A stretch of 64,000 nucleotides of DNA from Microgenomates group bacterium Gr01-1014_5 (GCA_007376395.1 VMGE01000001.1:89635-153634); one strand, 5' to 3'. Numbered from the stretch's first letter, positions 19,822 through 28,560 are shown. Notes: generated by a model from the sequence alone, not told the origin. Program-made: numbers and translations.

Positions 19822-20121
19822 ATGGATAATAAAAGTCTCAAACAACTTCGAGACATGATGGCTCTTGAAATTAAAAATGCCCTCAGGTTGTTAACTTCGC
19901 AACAAAGTACAACTAATCACAAGCTTGACTTGGTTTATGAGCGTCTAGAAAAAGTTGAAGAAATATTAGAAGAACACACAGAAAAGTTGGATGCCCAAAC
20001 TGTAGACATTCACCATTTACAAGATGATGTAAAAGGTTTATGGGATTGGACTAAAGAGCTTAAAGGGAGACAAGAAAGACGCTTCAAAGAAATCCGTGAG
20101 GATTTAGGTTTAACTCCTTAA
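19822..20121 (+). CDS. Hypothetical coiled-coil protein
   Basis: Heptad-like L/V/I pattern; TATTAT box 6 nt before the ATG. Confidence 0.7.
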   Translation: MDNKSLKQLRDMMALEIKNALRLLTSQQSTTNHKLDLVYERLEKVEEILEEHTEKLDAQTVDIHHLQDDVKGLWDWTKELKGRQERRFKEIREDLGLTP

Positions 20122-20144
20122 GTTTTATTTAGGACGAATCAACC

Positions 20145-20582
20145 CTAAAGATCGTACACATCTTTCGGCGTATGCATTGTTCCCAAACATTTAGGGCTCC
20201 CGCAAAAGCATTTGTGTTCGCACTTTGAGCAAGTGTCTTGCTGTGGATACCTGTAAGAAATTGTTAACTCTTCTCCCGGCTGAATATCGCAAATTGTAAC
20301 AAATTTAACAACTTTTTTCGTAATATCCATTGTGCAATTCGGGTCACAGGAATGATTTAATAAATGTACCCCAATTTGTGTTTTATCGGCTACAATTCCG
20401 ACTTCATCAGTTAAATACATTAAATATTCGTAGTTTTGTGGATCGACTTTATGATACGGAAGATACTTTCCGGAATACTCTCCTATCACTGTTCCGGATT
20501 TGATAGATTGAAGTGCAAAAACACCCCGTCCTTTACCTTTTGTTTGAAGAATTTCAAATGAACTTCGTGGAATAGAAAACAC
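20145..20582 (-). CDS. SET domain protein-lysine methyltransferase with a post-SET Cys cluster
   Basis: KGRGVFA, NHSCDPN, GEELTISY, CFCGSPKC. Confidence 0.92.
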   Translation of the reverse strand: MFSIPRSSFEILQTKGKGRGVFALQSIKSGTVIGEYSGKYLPYHKVDPQNYEYLMYLTDEVGIVADKTQIGVHLLNHSCDPNCTMDITKKVVKFVTICDIQPGEELTISYRYPQQDTCSKCEHKCFCGSPKCLGTMHTPKDVYDL

Positions 20583-20605
20583 AAAAAGATTGTATCATTT
20601 TAATG

Positions 20606-20679
20606 CGGGGCTGACCGGACTCGAACCGGCGACCTTCCGCGTGACAGGCGGACGCTCTAACCAACTGAGCTACAACCCC
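20606..20679 (-). tRNA. tRNA-Asp(GTC), no encoded CCA
   Basis: GGGGTTGTAGCTCAGTTGGTTAGAGCGTCCGCCTGTCACGCGGAAGGTCGCCGGTTCGAGTCCGGTCAGCCCCG folds as a cloverleaf. Confidence 0.97.
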
Positions 20680-20780
20680 AAACGCACTAATTTTACCACA
20701 AAAAATAGGTTTAAACCAATGGAAGTGGATAAATTGTCACTTGACAAAGTTTTCACTCTTAGTCTATTCTCTTTTAAACA

Positions 20781-21323
20781 ATGCCAGGTATTGAAGTAAA
20801 ATCCAGCCGACCAGTTCCCTTATCGCAAAAAGACCAAGTTGATTCCCAAACACACAGAGAAAAATTGTTGCTTGACTTAGACATAGAATCCGCAGGGAAC
20901 TTATTAGATCAACTGCGAGTGGTTTATGATGATATTCCACAACACGCTCTCTTAGTACGAGATGATTGGTCAAAAGTAATTTGCACAAAAGTGAGGCATG
21001 CTGAGGAAATTCTTCCTCTTGATGATTTTGCCGCTATACCGCGCCCGCGTAACGGAGAGTCTTTAAAAATACTTCTTGCCAGACTCAGAAAGAGCGTCAA
21101 GGGAAGACCGCAACATGAAATAATGATGTATCAAGTAGCCATAATTGACCGAACTTCCGCTAGAAAAGTATTCGGACTCGAGGAATTAACAGGTGTGGCC
21201 AAAACCGATTACGGATGGAAGGGTATGTTAAAAAACGGTGGAGACACAGAAGTATATATTTTATCTAAAAGGGTATCATCTCAAGGAATCGCGGAATTAA
21301 TACCTCTTCATATTGGCAAGTAA
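20781..21323 (+). CDS. Hypothetical protein
   Basis: 180-aa ORF with TTGACA upstream; no motif recognised. Confidence 0.6.
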   Translation: MPGIEVKSSRPVPLSQKDQVDSQTHREKLLLDLDIESAGNLLDQLRVVYDDIPQHALLVRDDWSKVICTKVRHAEEILPLDDFAAIPRPRNGESLKILLARLRKSVKGRPQHEIMMYQVAIIDRTSARKVFGLEELTGVAKTDYGWKGMLKNGGDTEVYILSKRVSSQGIAELIPLHIGK

Positions 21324-21403
21324 CTCATACCTTAGTACCGATTTCTAACGCGTGGTTGACAACAAATATTTTTTATCACATACTGCGATTAAGACAAGCC
21401 GTA

Positions 21404-21973
21404 ATGGATCTAAAAGCTACCCTGAAGGCCATTAAAATAAATGAACCGACGCTAAGCACAATTCTCGGCGCATTTGTAATATTGGCAGTTGGAATTCTGG
21501 TTATTAATTACTTCCGCACTCCCGGAAAAACAGGTTCTATCACCCCTCCCGCCCAAACAACGGCAGAAGAAGCTGTTTCCCAAGCAGGAACCAAACATAC
21601 TGTTGCTTCAGGCGAACATCTTTGGAGAATTGCCCAAAAGTATTACAAATCCGGTTACAACTGGGTTGATATTGCCGAGGCTAATAATTTAACAAACCCA
21701 GACCTTTTGACAGTAGGCGCAGAACTCACTATTCCGAGTGTTCCTGGCAAGCAAAACACTGTTAACGCTCCTCCTGGGCAAACTGCTACATCTGGCGAAC
21801 CTATTCAGACCGACACTTATTCAGTAGTGCAAGGTGATGCTCTATGGAGTATTGCCGTGCGAGCCTATGGGGACGGGTATCAATGGCCAAAAATCTGGGA
21901 AGCAAACCGCGCCTCAATTCTCAATCCAAATCTTATTTACCCCGACCAAAATTTAACTCTTCCCCGCCAATAG
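21404..21973 (+). CDS. Membrane-anchored protein with two LysM domains
   Basis: N-terminal TM helix; HTVASGEHLWRIAQKYY and YSVVQGDALWSIAVRAYG...NPNLIYP. Confidence 0.93.
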   Translation: MDLKATLKAIKINEPTLSTILGAFVILAVGILVINYFRTPGKTGSITPPAQTTAEEAVSQAGTKHTVASGEHLWRIAQKYYKSGYNWVDIAEANNLTNPDLLTVGAELTIPSVPGKQNTVNAPPGQTATSGEPIQTDTYSVVQGDALWSIAVRAYGDGYQWPKIWEANRASILNPNLIYPDQNLTLPRQ

Positions 21974-21974
21974 C

Positions 21975-22104
21975 TTATCCCCCTTCGCGAAACACCGAGC
22001 GTTAGCTCGCGTATCAGAGCGAAGTCTCGTTCGCTTCGGAGGGATTCCGCTCCCTACGAAGCGTGGGGAGAAGATACCCCGACCGTTAGGTCGCGGGAGC
22101 TTCA
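21975..22104 (+). mobile_element. Structured non-coding repeat family A, copy 1 (possible non-autonomous IS200/IS605-derived element)
   Basis: Homologous to 56894-57058; several hairpins; ends in CCCCGACC-GTTA-GGTCGCGGGAGCTTCA. Confidence 0.6.
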
Positions 22105-23049
22105 TTACCCGAGAAGCATTTTGAGTAAAGCCATGCGGGTATAGAGCCCGTTTTTGACTTGTTCAAAAATAACAACTCTTGGGTCGTTGGTAAATTTTTC
22201 GGGCAGCTCGCCAAAATCATCGCTTCGCGGCAAAGGATGCATAATAATACTGTCTTTAGGCAGTTTAGCCAATACTTCTTCGTCAATCGCAACCCTTGCA
22301 TGATTATTGTTTGTTGTTTTTCCTTCCATTCTTTCTTTTTGCGCCCGGGTCAAGTAAACAATGTCTATTTCTCCTGCGCAAGCTAAAATGTCCGCGTGCT
22401 GTCGGAAAACAACATTGTGCCGCCTCAGGTAATCGAGAATATCGGGTTTTATCTGAAAATCGTCCGAGGCTACAAGGTCTATAGTTATCCCTTCAAACTT
22501 CCCTAAAAGATAGGCTAGTGAATGCACGGTTCTACCGTTCCTCAAATCACCAACAAGTGCGACACGAAGTCCATCGATTTTCTCGAAATGGCGGCTAATA
22601 GTGTACAAATCAAGCAATGCCTGGGTCGGATGCTGACCAGTGCCGTCCCCCGCGTTTATTATTGGAATAGCGGAAACCGATGCGGCTTCAGTGGCTCCAC
22701 CCACTTCGTGATACCGCAAAACAACGGCGTCATAACCCAAAGCATTAACAACCCGTATTGTGTCTTTTATGCTTTCACCTTTTATTGCGCTGGAAAATTC
22801 TTTTGCATTTTCTGTCGAAGAAAACGTGGCCCCTAATTTAGTAGTCGCTTGCTCAAAGGAGATTCTTGTTCTTGTGCTCGGTTCGTAAAATAAAATACAA
22901 ACCGAACGTCCTGCCAAAAGACCATTACCTCTTGCCTCCACGACTTTTACCATGGATCTAGTTTCTGAAAAAAATTCTTCCACTAGCCAGCCCCGGCTAA
23001 ACTGCTGGGCTTCTAAAATGTGTCGTAAGCCTAGTTCTTTTGACATCAA
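22105..23049 (-). CDS. pyrB: Aspartate carbamoyltransferase catalytic subunit
   Basis: FYEPSTRTRISF, INAGDG.GQHPTQALLD, MHPLPR. Confidence 0.97.
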   Translation of the reverse strand: MMSKELGLRHILEAQQFSRGWLVEEFFSETRSMVKVVEARGNGLLAGRSVCILFYEPSTRTRISFEQATTKLGATFSSTENAKEFSSAIKGESIKDTIRVVNALGYDAVVLRYHEVGGATEAASVSAIPIINAGDGTGQHPTQALLDLYTISRHFEKIDGLRVALVGDLRNGRTVHSLAYLLGKFEGITIDLVASDDFQIKPDILDYLRRHNVVFRQHADILACAGEIDIVYLTRAQKERMEGKTTNNNHARVAIDEEVLAKLPKDSIIMHPLPRSDDFGELPEKFTNDPRVVIFEQVKNGLYTRMALLKMLLG

Positions 23050-23116
23050 AACTTTGTTTTGTGAAGATCTGTATTTTTATATACTCCCTTACGCTATATG
23101 TCAAGCCGCTTAATTG

Positions 23117-24310
23117 TTATTCGTACCTTAAGGCTTGAATCGGATTCATTTTTGAGGCCCTTAGAGCGGGAGCTACACCAAAAACTACACCAACCAGCAC
23201 AGAAAAACCAAAAGAGAGCGCTATAGACCACCAGGTGATTGTGGTTTGAAAGAAGATATTAACCAGCAAAGAAAAAGCGATCCCTAAAATTATTCCAATA
23301 ATTCCTCCCAAAGCAGATAGCGTCACCGCTTCGATTAAAAACTGCAGACGAATGTCTTTTGGCTTTGCGCCAAGCGCTTTTCTAAGCCCAATTTCCCGGG
23401 TTCTCTCGGTAACAGAAACTAACATAATGTTCATTATTCCAATCCCTCCAACTATAAGTGAAATTGCGGCTATTCCGCCTAAAGCCGCAGTTAACACTCC
23501 TGTGATTTGAGAAATAGTAGATAAAGTTTGTTCCTGGGTTTGTACTGTAAAATCGTCTTCTGTTAATCTTTTTTTAAGCGTCTTTACTGCTTCTGACTGG
23601 ACGCTTTTGATAAGCTCTGGTGTTTTTGCTGAAATTAAAATGTTTTGGACTCTGTCCTCGCCAAACTGCCTTTGCGCCGCGACAACCGAAATTGCGCCGA
23701 CGTTGTCTAGATCTATGCCGAAATTGGCTCCCCGCGGTTGAACAACGCCAATAACTTGATATTTTAAATTTCCGACGCTTATATACTCCCCAATCGGGTC
23801 TCTCCCTCCAAATAAATTCTTAACAACTGTTGGCCCAATAACAACTACTCTTTTTCCGGAATTCGCTTCAGAAAAAGTGAAAAAACGGCCTTTGTCTATT
23901 TTTAATGCAGAAATAATTTTAAAGTACGTTGCCTCAACTCCTGCAATTGTAACGTCTCTGTCTGTTTTATTCTGATATTTTAAAGTTGATGTTCTTTGAA
24001 TTGAAGCTGAAACTTCGGCGTCTCCCCCAAGAGCAACTCTGAGATTGTTTGCGTCTTGAAAAGTTAATCTATTAGCTTGAGACCCCCCTGGGCCGCGTCC
24101 ACCTCCAATTCTTCCCGGTATAACATACATAACATTAGCTCCAAAAGAACTTATTTGAGCTGTAATAAAACTTTTAAGACCGGAAACAAGAGCAACAAGT
24201 AAAATAACAGAGGTAACCCCAATGACGATTCCGAGAATAGTCAAGGAGGACCTTAGACGGTTCGCGATTATTGATTTAAAAGCCAATTTAAAAGTTTCAA
24301 AAATGTTCAT
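23117..24310 (-). CDS. ABC transporter permease, MacB/FtsX family
   Basis: RSSLTILGIVIG, GGIGIMNIMLVSVTERTREIGLRKALGA. Confidence 0.95.
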   Translation of the reverse strand: MNIFETFKLAFKSIIANRLRSSLTILGIVIGVTSVILLVALVSGLKSFITAQISSFGANVMYVIPGRIGGGRGPGGSQANRLTFQDANNLRVALGGDAEVSASIQRTSTLKYQNKTDRDVTIAGVEATYFKIISALKIDKGRFFTFSEANSGKRVVVIGPTVVKNLFGGRDPIGEYISVGNLKYQVIGVVQPRGANFGIDLDNVGAISVVAAQRQFGEDRVQNILISAKTPELIKSVQSEAVKTLKKRLTEDDFTVQTQEQTLSTISQITGVLTAALGGIAAISLIVGGIGIMNIMLVSVTERTREIGLRKALGAKPKDIRLQFLIEAVTLSALGGIIGIILGIAFSLLVNIFFQTTITWWSIALSFGFSVLVGVVFGVAPALRASKMNPIQALRYE

Positions 24311-24978
24311 CGTCCTACTTTCCCATCTTTTATAGTTATAACCCGGTTGGCATTTTTCGCAATACTGGCTTCATGGGTAATTAAGATAATTGTTTTCCCT
24401 TTTTTGTTTAAAGTTTTAAATAAATTAATAATATCTGCCCCTGTTTTTGAGTCTAAATTACCCGTTGGTTCATCAGCAAGTAGAATTTCAGGGTTTGTTA
24501 TTAGAGCACGTGCCACAGCAACTCTTTGTTGTTGTCCGCCGGACAATTGATTTGGTCGGGATTGAAGTTTGTCGCCTAAACCAACACTTTGTAGAATTTC
24601 AACTGCTCGAAGGTCTCTTTCTTCTTTACTAACTCCGGAATATATTAACGGTAACTGTACATTTTCCAAAGCCGAAGTTCGACCTAGCAAATTAAAGTTT
24701 TGAAAAATAAAGCCAATTTTTTTGTTTCTCAGGGAGGCTAGAGTCTCTTCTCCTAAACGGGAAACATCTTGTCCGTCGAGAGTATAAGTTCCGCTTGTCG
24801 GATTATCTAATAATCCCAATATATTCATTAAAGTTGATTTTCCGCTCCCGGAAGGCCCGACTATCCCAATAAATTCACCTTTTTTAATCTCCAGGTTTAT
24901 GTCAATAAGCGCATGGAAGGAAAGAGTGTCTGTTTTGAAGATTTTATTTACTTTGTGTAACTTAACGAGAGTTGCCAC
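24307..24978 (-). CDS. ABC transporter ATP-binding protein, MacB/LolD family
   Basis: GPSGSGKST, LSGGQQQRVAVARAL, ADEPTGNLD; GTG start at 24978 assumed. Confidence 0.95.
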   Translation of the reverse strand: MATLVKLHKVNKIFKTDTLSFHALIDINLEIKKGEFIGIVGPSGSGKSTLMNILGLLDNPTSGTYTLDGQDVSRLGEETLASLRNKKIGFIFQNFNLLGRTSALENVQLPLIYSGVSKEERDLRAVEILQSVGLGDKLQSRPNQLSGGQQQRVAVARALITNPEILLADEPTGNLDSKTGADIINLFKTLNKKGKTIILITHEASIAKNANRVITIKDGKVGR

Positions 24979-26104
24979 GGAAGCCCCCTCCCGAGCCTCT
25001 TTGAACACCAAAAAGCCGCCCAATGATATTGCCTATTCCACCGCTTGTTCTCGAAGGCGTAATGTTTGCTGGATTTACAACAAAGAGCTCGCCCTCCTTT
25101 AGTCCTGACTTTACTTCGATGTCTGTATCCCCAACAAAACCTGTTTCGATTTTTCGCGCAACAATATTCCCGTTTGTTTGAACATAAACTTCGTTTGCTT
25201 CGCTATAAACCTCATCTTTACTAACCAGGGCGTCTTGGGAAACAGTTAATATATTTTTCGCTTCTTTAGTAATAATTTCAGCTTGACCCGTAATTCCGGG
25301 AACAAACGTCATTTCAGGATTACCTAAATTTACTCTTACAACTATTACGGTTGAACCGCTTGAAGTAGTCTTTGTAACCGGAATAATTTTATCAATTTTT
25401 CCGTTAAAAACTCTGTCTCCCGAGGAGTTTAGCGTTACTTTTACTTCTTGGTCTAATTTAACTTTGTCTATATCTGCTTCGTCAATTTCTGCGTCAAAAT
25501 AAATTGTGCTTTTATCTACAATTTGGATAATTGTGTCAGAAGAAGCAACACTTGCTCCTGTAATTGCCCCAACCTTTGTAACAATTCCGTTAATGGGAGT
25601 AGTAAGAGTCGATTCTCTTAAAGCCCTCTCGGCATCGCGTACGTTATCAAACGCATTATCTTTCGCGACTTCCGCCGTTGTTCTGGTTTGTCTCTGAGTT
25701 AATGTTTCGTCAGAACTGTGCCCTTTGACGTCATCCAGGATTTTATCCAAAATTGCCTGCTTGTCCCTTAGTGTATTTTTAGCCTGTTGAAGTGAAATTG
25801 ATAACTCCTGGGTATCAAGTCCTGCAAGAGCTCGATTTTTAGTTACATTATCTCCCTCTTTCACACTTATATATTTTAAAATTCCACTACTTTGAAAATG
25901 CAGATTTGCTGTATCTTTTCCTTGAAGCGTACCGGAAGAAGCAACGGTTTGTTTTATATCCTGAACCTTTACAATTCCTGTTTCAACCGCAACTTTTTGC
26001 GAGTTTCGTCCAAATAAAAACCAAACACCAAACAAGACGGCAATGACGAGTAGTATTTGATACCGGTGCTTTAGAGATAAGATTTTTTTAAGGGCTTTTT
26101 TCAC
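24962..26104 (-). CDS. Efflux periplasmic adaptor subunit (MacA/HlyD-like)
   Basis: N-terminal TM helix, VKEGDNV, TPINGIV, EIDEADI, EVKSGLKEGE. Confidence 0.9.
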   Translation of the reverse strand: MKKALKKILSLKHRYQILLVIAVLFGVWFLFGRNSQKVAVETGIVKVQDIKQTVASSGTLQGKDTANLHFQSSGILKYISVKEGDNVTKNRALAGLDTQELSISLQQAKNTLRDKQAILDKILDDVKGHSSDETLTQRQTRTTAEVAKDNAFDNVRDAERALRESTLTTPINGIVTKVGAITGASVASSDTIIQIVDKSTIYFDAEIDEADIDKVKLDQEVKVTLNSSGDRVFNGKIDKIIPVTKTTSSGSTVIVVRVNLGNPEMTFVPGITGQAEIITKEAKNILTVSQDALVSKDEVYSEANEVYVQTNGNIVARKIETGFVGDTDIEVKSGLKEGELFVVNPANITPSRTSGGIGNIIGRLFGVQRGSGGGFRGNSR

Positions 26105-26124
26105 TAAGCTCAGATTATACCACT

Positions 26125-26153
26125 TTGAGCCTAATTTTGCGCTGTTGTATAAT
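26125..26153 (+). promoter_or_regulatory. Sigma70-like promoter upstream of the tRNA-Gly locus
   Basis: TTGAGC-17 nt-TATAAT. Confidence 0.55.
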
Positions 26154-26184
26154 ATAAGAAGTTTACTTCGAGTGTTAACGAGAA

Positions 26185-26357
26185 GCGGGATTAGTTGAAC
26201 GGCTCAACAGAACCGACTTTATCCCGTTAAGCGGTGGTAGTTCAGTGGTAGAACGTCTCCTTCCCAAGGAGAAGGTCGCCGGTTCAAATCCGGTCCACCG
26301 CTCAAAGAGTCTTAACGGGACAAGGTAGAGAAACGGGTTCGACTCCCGTATCCCGCT
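26185..26357 (+). other. Split tRNA-Gly-like outer shell enclosing the tRNA-Gly(CCC) gene
   Basis: GCGGGAT (26185-26191) pairs with ATCCCGC (26350-26356); D-arm-like GTTG/CAAC; perfect T-arm ACGGG-TTCGACT-CCCGT. Confidence 0.6.
26231..26302 (+). tRNA. tRNA-Gly(CCC)
   Basis: GCGGTGG TA GTTC AGTGGTA GAAC G TCTCC TT CCC AA GGAGA AGGTC GCCGG TTCAAAT CCGGT CCACCGC T. Confidence 0.96.
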
Positions 26358-26417
26358 CTGAGCGTTACGAAGAGAGGATATGATCCGAAGCGATTATCCC
26401 GCTCCAAATTTTTAATA

Positions 26418-26957
26418 ATGGCTGAATCTACCGACAAAGACGAACGAATAAACCCTGCGATTACCTATGCTGTAAAAGCCGGGAAAGAGATCACTCCTGA
26501 AGATATAGCTGGAATAGAAAATATGGCTGAAGAAGCAGTCACCACATTTAACACGCTTAAACACCAAGGAAAAATACCCAACAGTGTTGATTTTGGACCG
26601 ACTACACACATCTTCGCATACAAAGCGTTAAAAAACCCAAACAGCGACTTTTGTGCTGCCTTTGCCTACGATAACGGACACGTCGTCGGATATAGAATTA
26701 TCCCAATTAAAAAAGAGACTAGAGGCATCTCTAGTAGCTATCTTGGAGTAGCCATAACCCACCAACGCCGTGGAATAGCTTCAAAATTAGTTACGGAAAC
26801 TCATAAAAAGCTAGTTGAAATGGGGATACGCTCCTATGAGACCATTGCCGTTGCAGAAGTTTTAGAACTTTACAAAAAAGCAGGCGTTGAGTTTACAGTC
26901 CTTGAACCTCCCGGGTCTTACCACACTGAAGGGTATAAAATTAACGTAACCCTTTAA
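26418..26957 (+). CDS. GNAT-family N-acetyltransferase
   Basis: LGVAITHQRRGIASKL acetyl-CoA binding motif, LYKKAG. Confidence 0.8.
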   Translation: MAESTDKDERINPAITYAVKAGKEITPEDIAGIENMAEEAVTTFNTLKHQGKIPNSVDFGPTTHIFAYKALKNPNSDFCAAFAYDNGHVVGYRIIPIKKETRGISSSYLGVAITHQRRGIASKLVTETHKKLVEMGIRSYETIAVAEVLELYKKAGVEFTVLEPPGSYHTEGYKINVTL

Positions 26958-27133
26958 CCCTCGAGTTGTTTTTTAAGTTCTTCGAGAGTGTGTTTTTTGG
27001 CTTCTTCTTTCGTCATTCCCCACTCTTTAGCCATTTTATCAAAATCTTCCTCGGTCAAGGACGCTCCGCCTTGAGAAAGCGTACCTTTACCCATATCGTC
27101 ATCAGGCATTCCGCAACCGCAGTTGTAACACAT
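26954..27133 (-). CDS. 59-aa small protein with an N-terminal CxxCGC motif (not in the ORF track)
   Basis: MCYNCGCGMPDDDMGKG...KKQLEG*; strong Shine-Dalgarno AAGGAGGTG upstream. Confidence 0.85.
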   Translation of the reverse strand: MCYNCGCGMPDDDMGKGTLSQGGASLTEEDFDKMAKEWGMTKEEAKKHTLEELKKQLEG

Positions 27134-27204
27134 ATAAACACCTCCTTTCAGTCAGTGAATTTCTAATTTCTAATTTTTAATTTCTAAACCTATGGTATAT
27201 TGTT

Positions 27205-27939
27205 ATGTATTCAATGCAAGAATTCAAGGTGAAATTAACGGACAAACGTCAAGAGGCTTCGGGTACAAAAACTTTTCTCTTCGAAAAGCCGAAGGACTTC
27301 GAATATATCGCAGGACAATACGCTTATTTCACCCTTCCTGAGTTAAAATTCCCGGATCCGAGAGGTAAAATCCGCCATTTTACGCTTTCTTCTTCACCTA
27401 CTGAAGATTATTTAAGTATCACAGTCAGAATGCGTAAAGAAAGCGGTTATAAAATGACGCTTGACTCGCTACCTTTGGGAGCAAAAATTGATTTCCGTGG
27501 ACCGACTGGAGACTTTGTAGTTGATGAGACAGACACAAGAACTCAGGTTATGATTGCAGGTGGTATTGGCATCACTCCTTACCGCAGTATTATAAAAGAC
27601 GTTTCCGACCGCGCCCTTCCAAACTCAATCCATCTGATTTATGCTAACTCACGGGTTGAAGAAATTACTTTTAGAGATGAATTAACTCAAATTTCTGAAT
27701 CCCATCCAAACATCAAAGTTTCCATGACTGTCTCCAATCCCGATGAAAACAAAGAACCCTGGCTCGGCCTCACCGGTCGCATAGATGAAAAGCTCCTCCA
27801 ATCTCTAACCTCTAGCCTCCAAAATCCAGTTTTCTGGCTTTGTGGTCCACCCGCAATGGTTCAGGCTTTAGAAGAAGTCCTAGAACAACTCAGGATTCCT
27901 CAAGAACGAATAAAAATAGAAAAGTTTAGTGGATATTAG
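27205..27939 (+). CDS. FAD/NAD(P)-dependent oxidoreductase, ferredoxin-NADP reductase family
   Basis: RHFTLSSSP, GPTGDF, AGGIGITP, LCGPPAM. Confidence 0.92.
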   Translation: MYSMQEFKVKLTDKRQEASGTKTFLFEKPKDFEYIAGQYAYFTLPELKFPDPRGKIRHFTLSSSPTEDYLSITVRMRKESGYKMTLDSLPLGAKIDFRGPTGDFVVDETDTRTQVMIAGGIGITPYRSIIKDVSDRALPNSIHLIYANSRVEEITFRDELTQISESHPNIKVSMTVSNPDENKEPWLGLTGRIDEKLLQSLTSSLQNPVFWLCGPPAMVQALEEVLEQLRIPQERIKIEKFSGY

Positions 27940-27996
27940 CCTCATTTGACGTATTTATCCCTTGACGTCATGTAATATTTATGATTTTCTGAGGCT

Positions 27997-28482
27997 ATGA
28001 AAGAATATTTCAGCCTCGGTACTTTCCTCAAAACCTACAAAGATGATGAAGCTTGTTTAGACCACATAAAAGAAATTAAATATCCAGCTGGTGTTTTTTG
28101 TGAGAAATGCCAAAAGATAACTAATTTTACCAAAATTAAAGATAGACCTGTTTATCAATGGTCTTGCGGATATCAGATATCTCCTCTAGCCGGAACTATC
28201 TTTGCAAAAACTACTACACCCTTACAGTTTTGGTTCTATGCAGTATTTATCATGACCCAAACTCGTTCTGGAGTTTCTGCTAAGCAATTACAAAGAGAGC
28301 TTGGTGTAACTTACAAAACATCCTGGAGAATGTTTAAACAAATAAGAATACTCATGGCAAATGCGAATAAAGGTGGGGAACCTTTAGATGGGATTGTTGA
28401 AATAGATGAAACATATATAGGAGGAAGGATAAAACGTAAAGGCGTTTGGGCTGGAGGTATAACAATAGGAAATATCAGGTAA
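27997..28482 (+). pseudogene. IS1595-family (ISXO2-like) transposase, truncated
   Basis: Zn ribbon, AGTIF..TTTPL..WF, GVSAKQLQRELGVTYKTSWRM, VEIDETYIGG; stops after the first catalytic Asp. Confidence 0.88.
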
Positions 28483-28560
28483 GATGTTCGAGTTGTTACT
28501 GGGAGAGATAGCGAATGTTAAAGTATTAAAACAAATAAAAACAACTTAGAATTAGCGGGG

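Noticed and set aside
20590-20799. ORF-track entries overlapping tRNAs (also 30005-30286 and 32654-32851)
   Set aside because: They are translations across tRNA genes.
26215-26321. Group I intron in the outer tRNA-like shell
   Set aside because: The insert is only ~100 nt, is mostly occupied by the inner tRNA, and shows no recognisable P7 core or terminal G.
26966-27166. 66-aa plus-strand ORF
   Set aside because: It is antisense to the better-supported 59-aa CxxCGC gene, which has a strong Shine-Dalgarno site.
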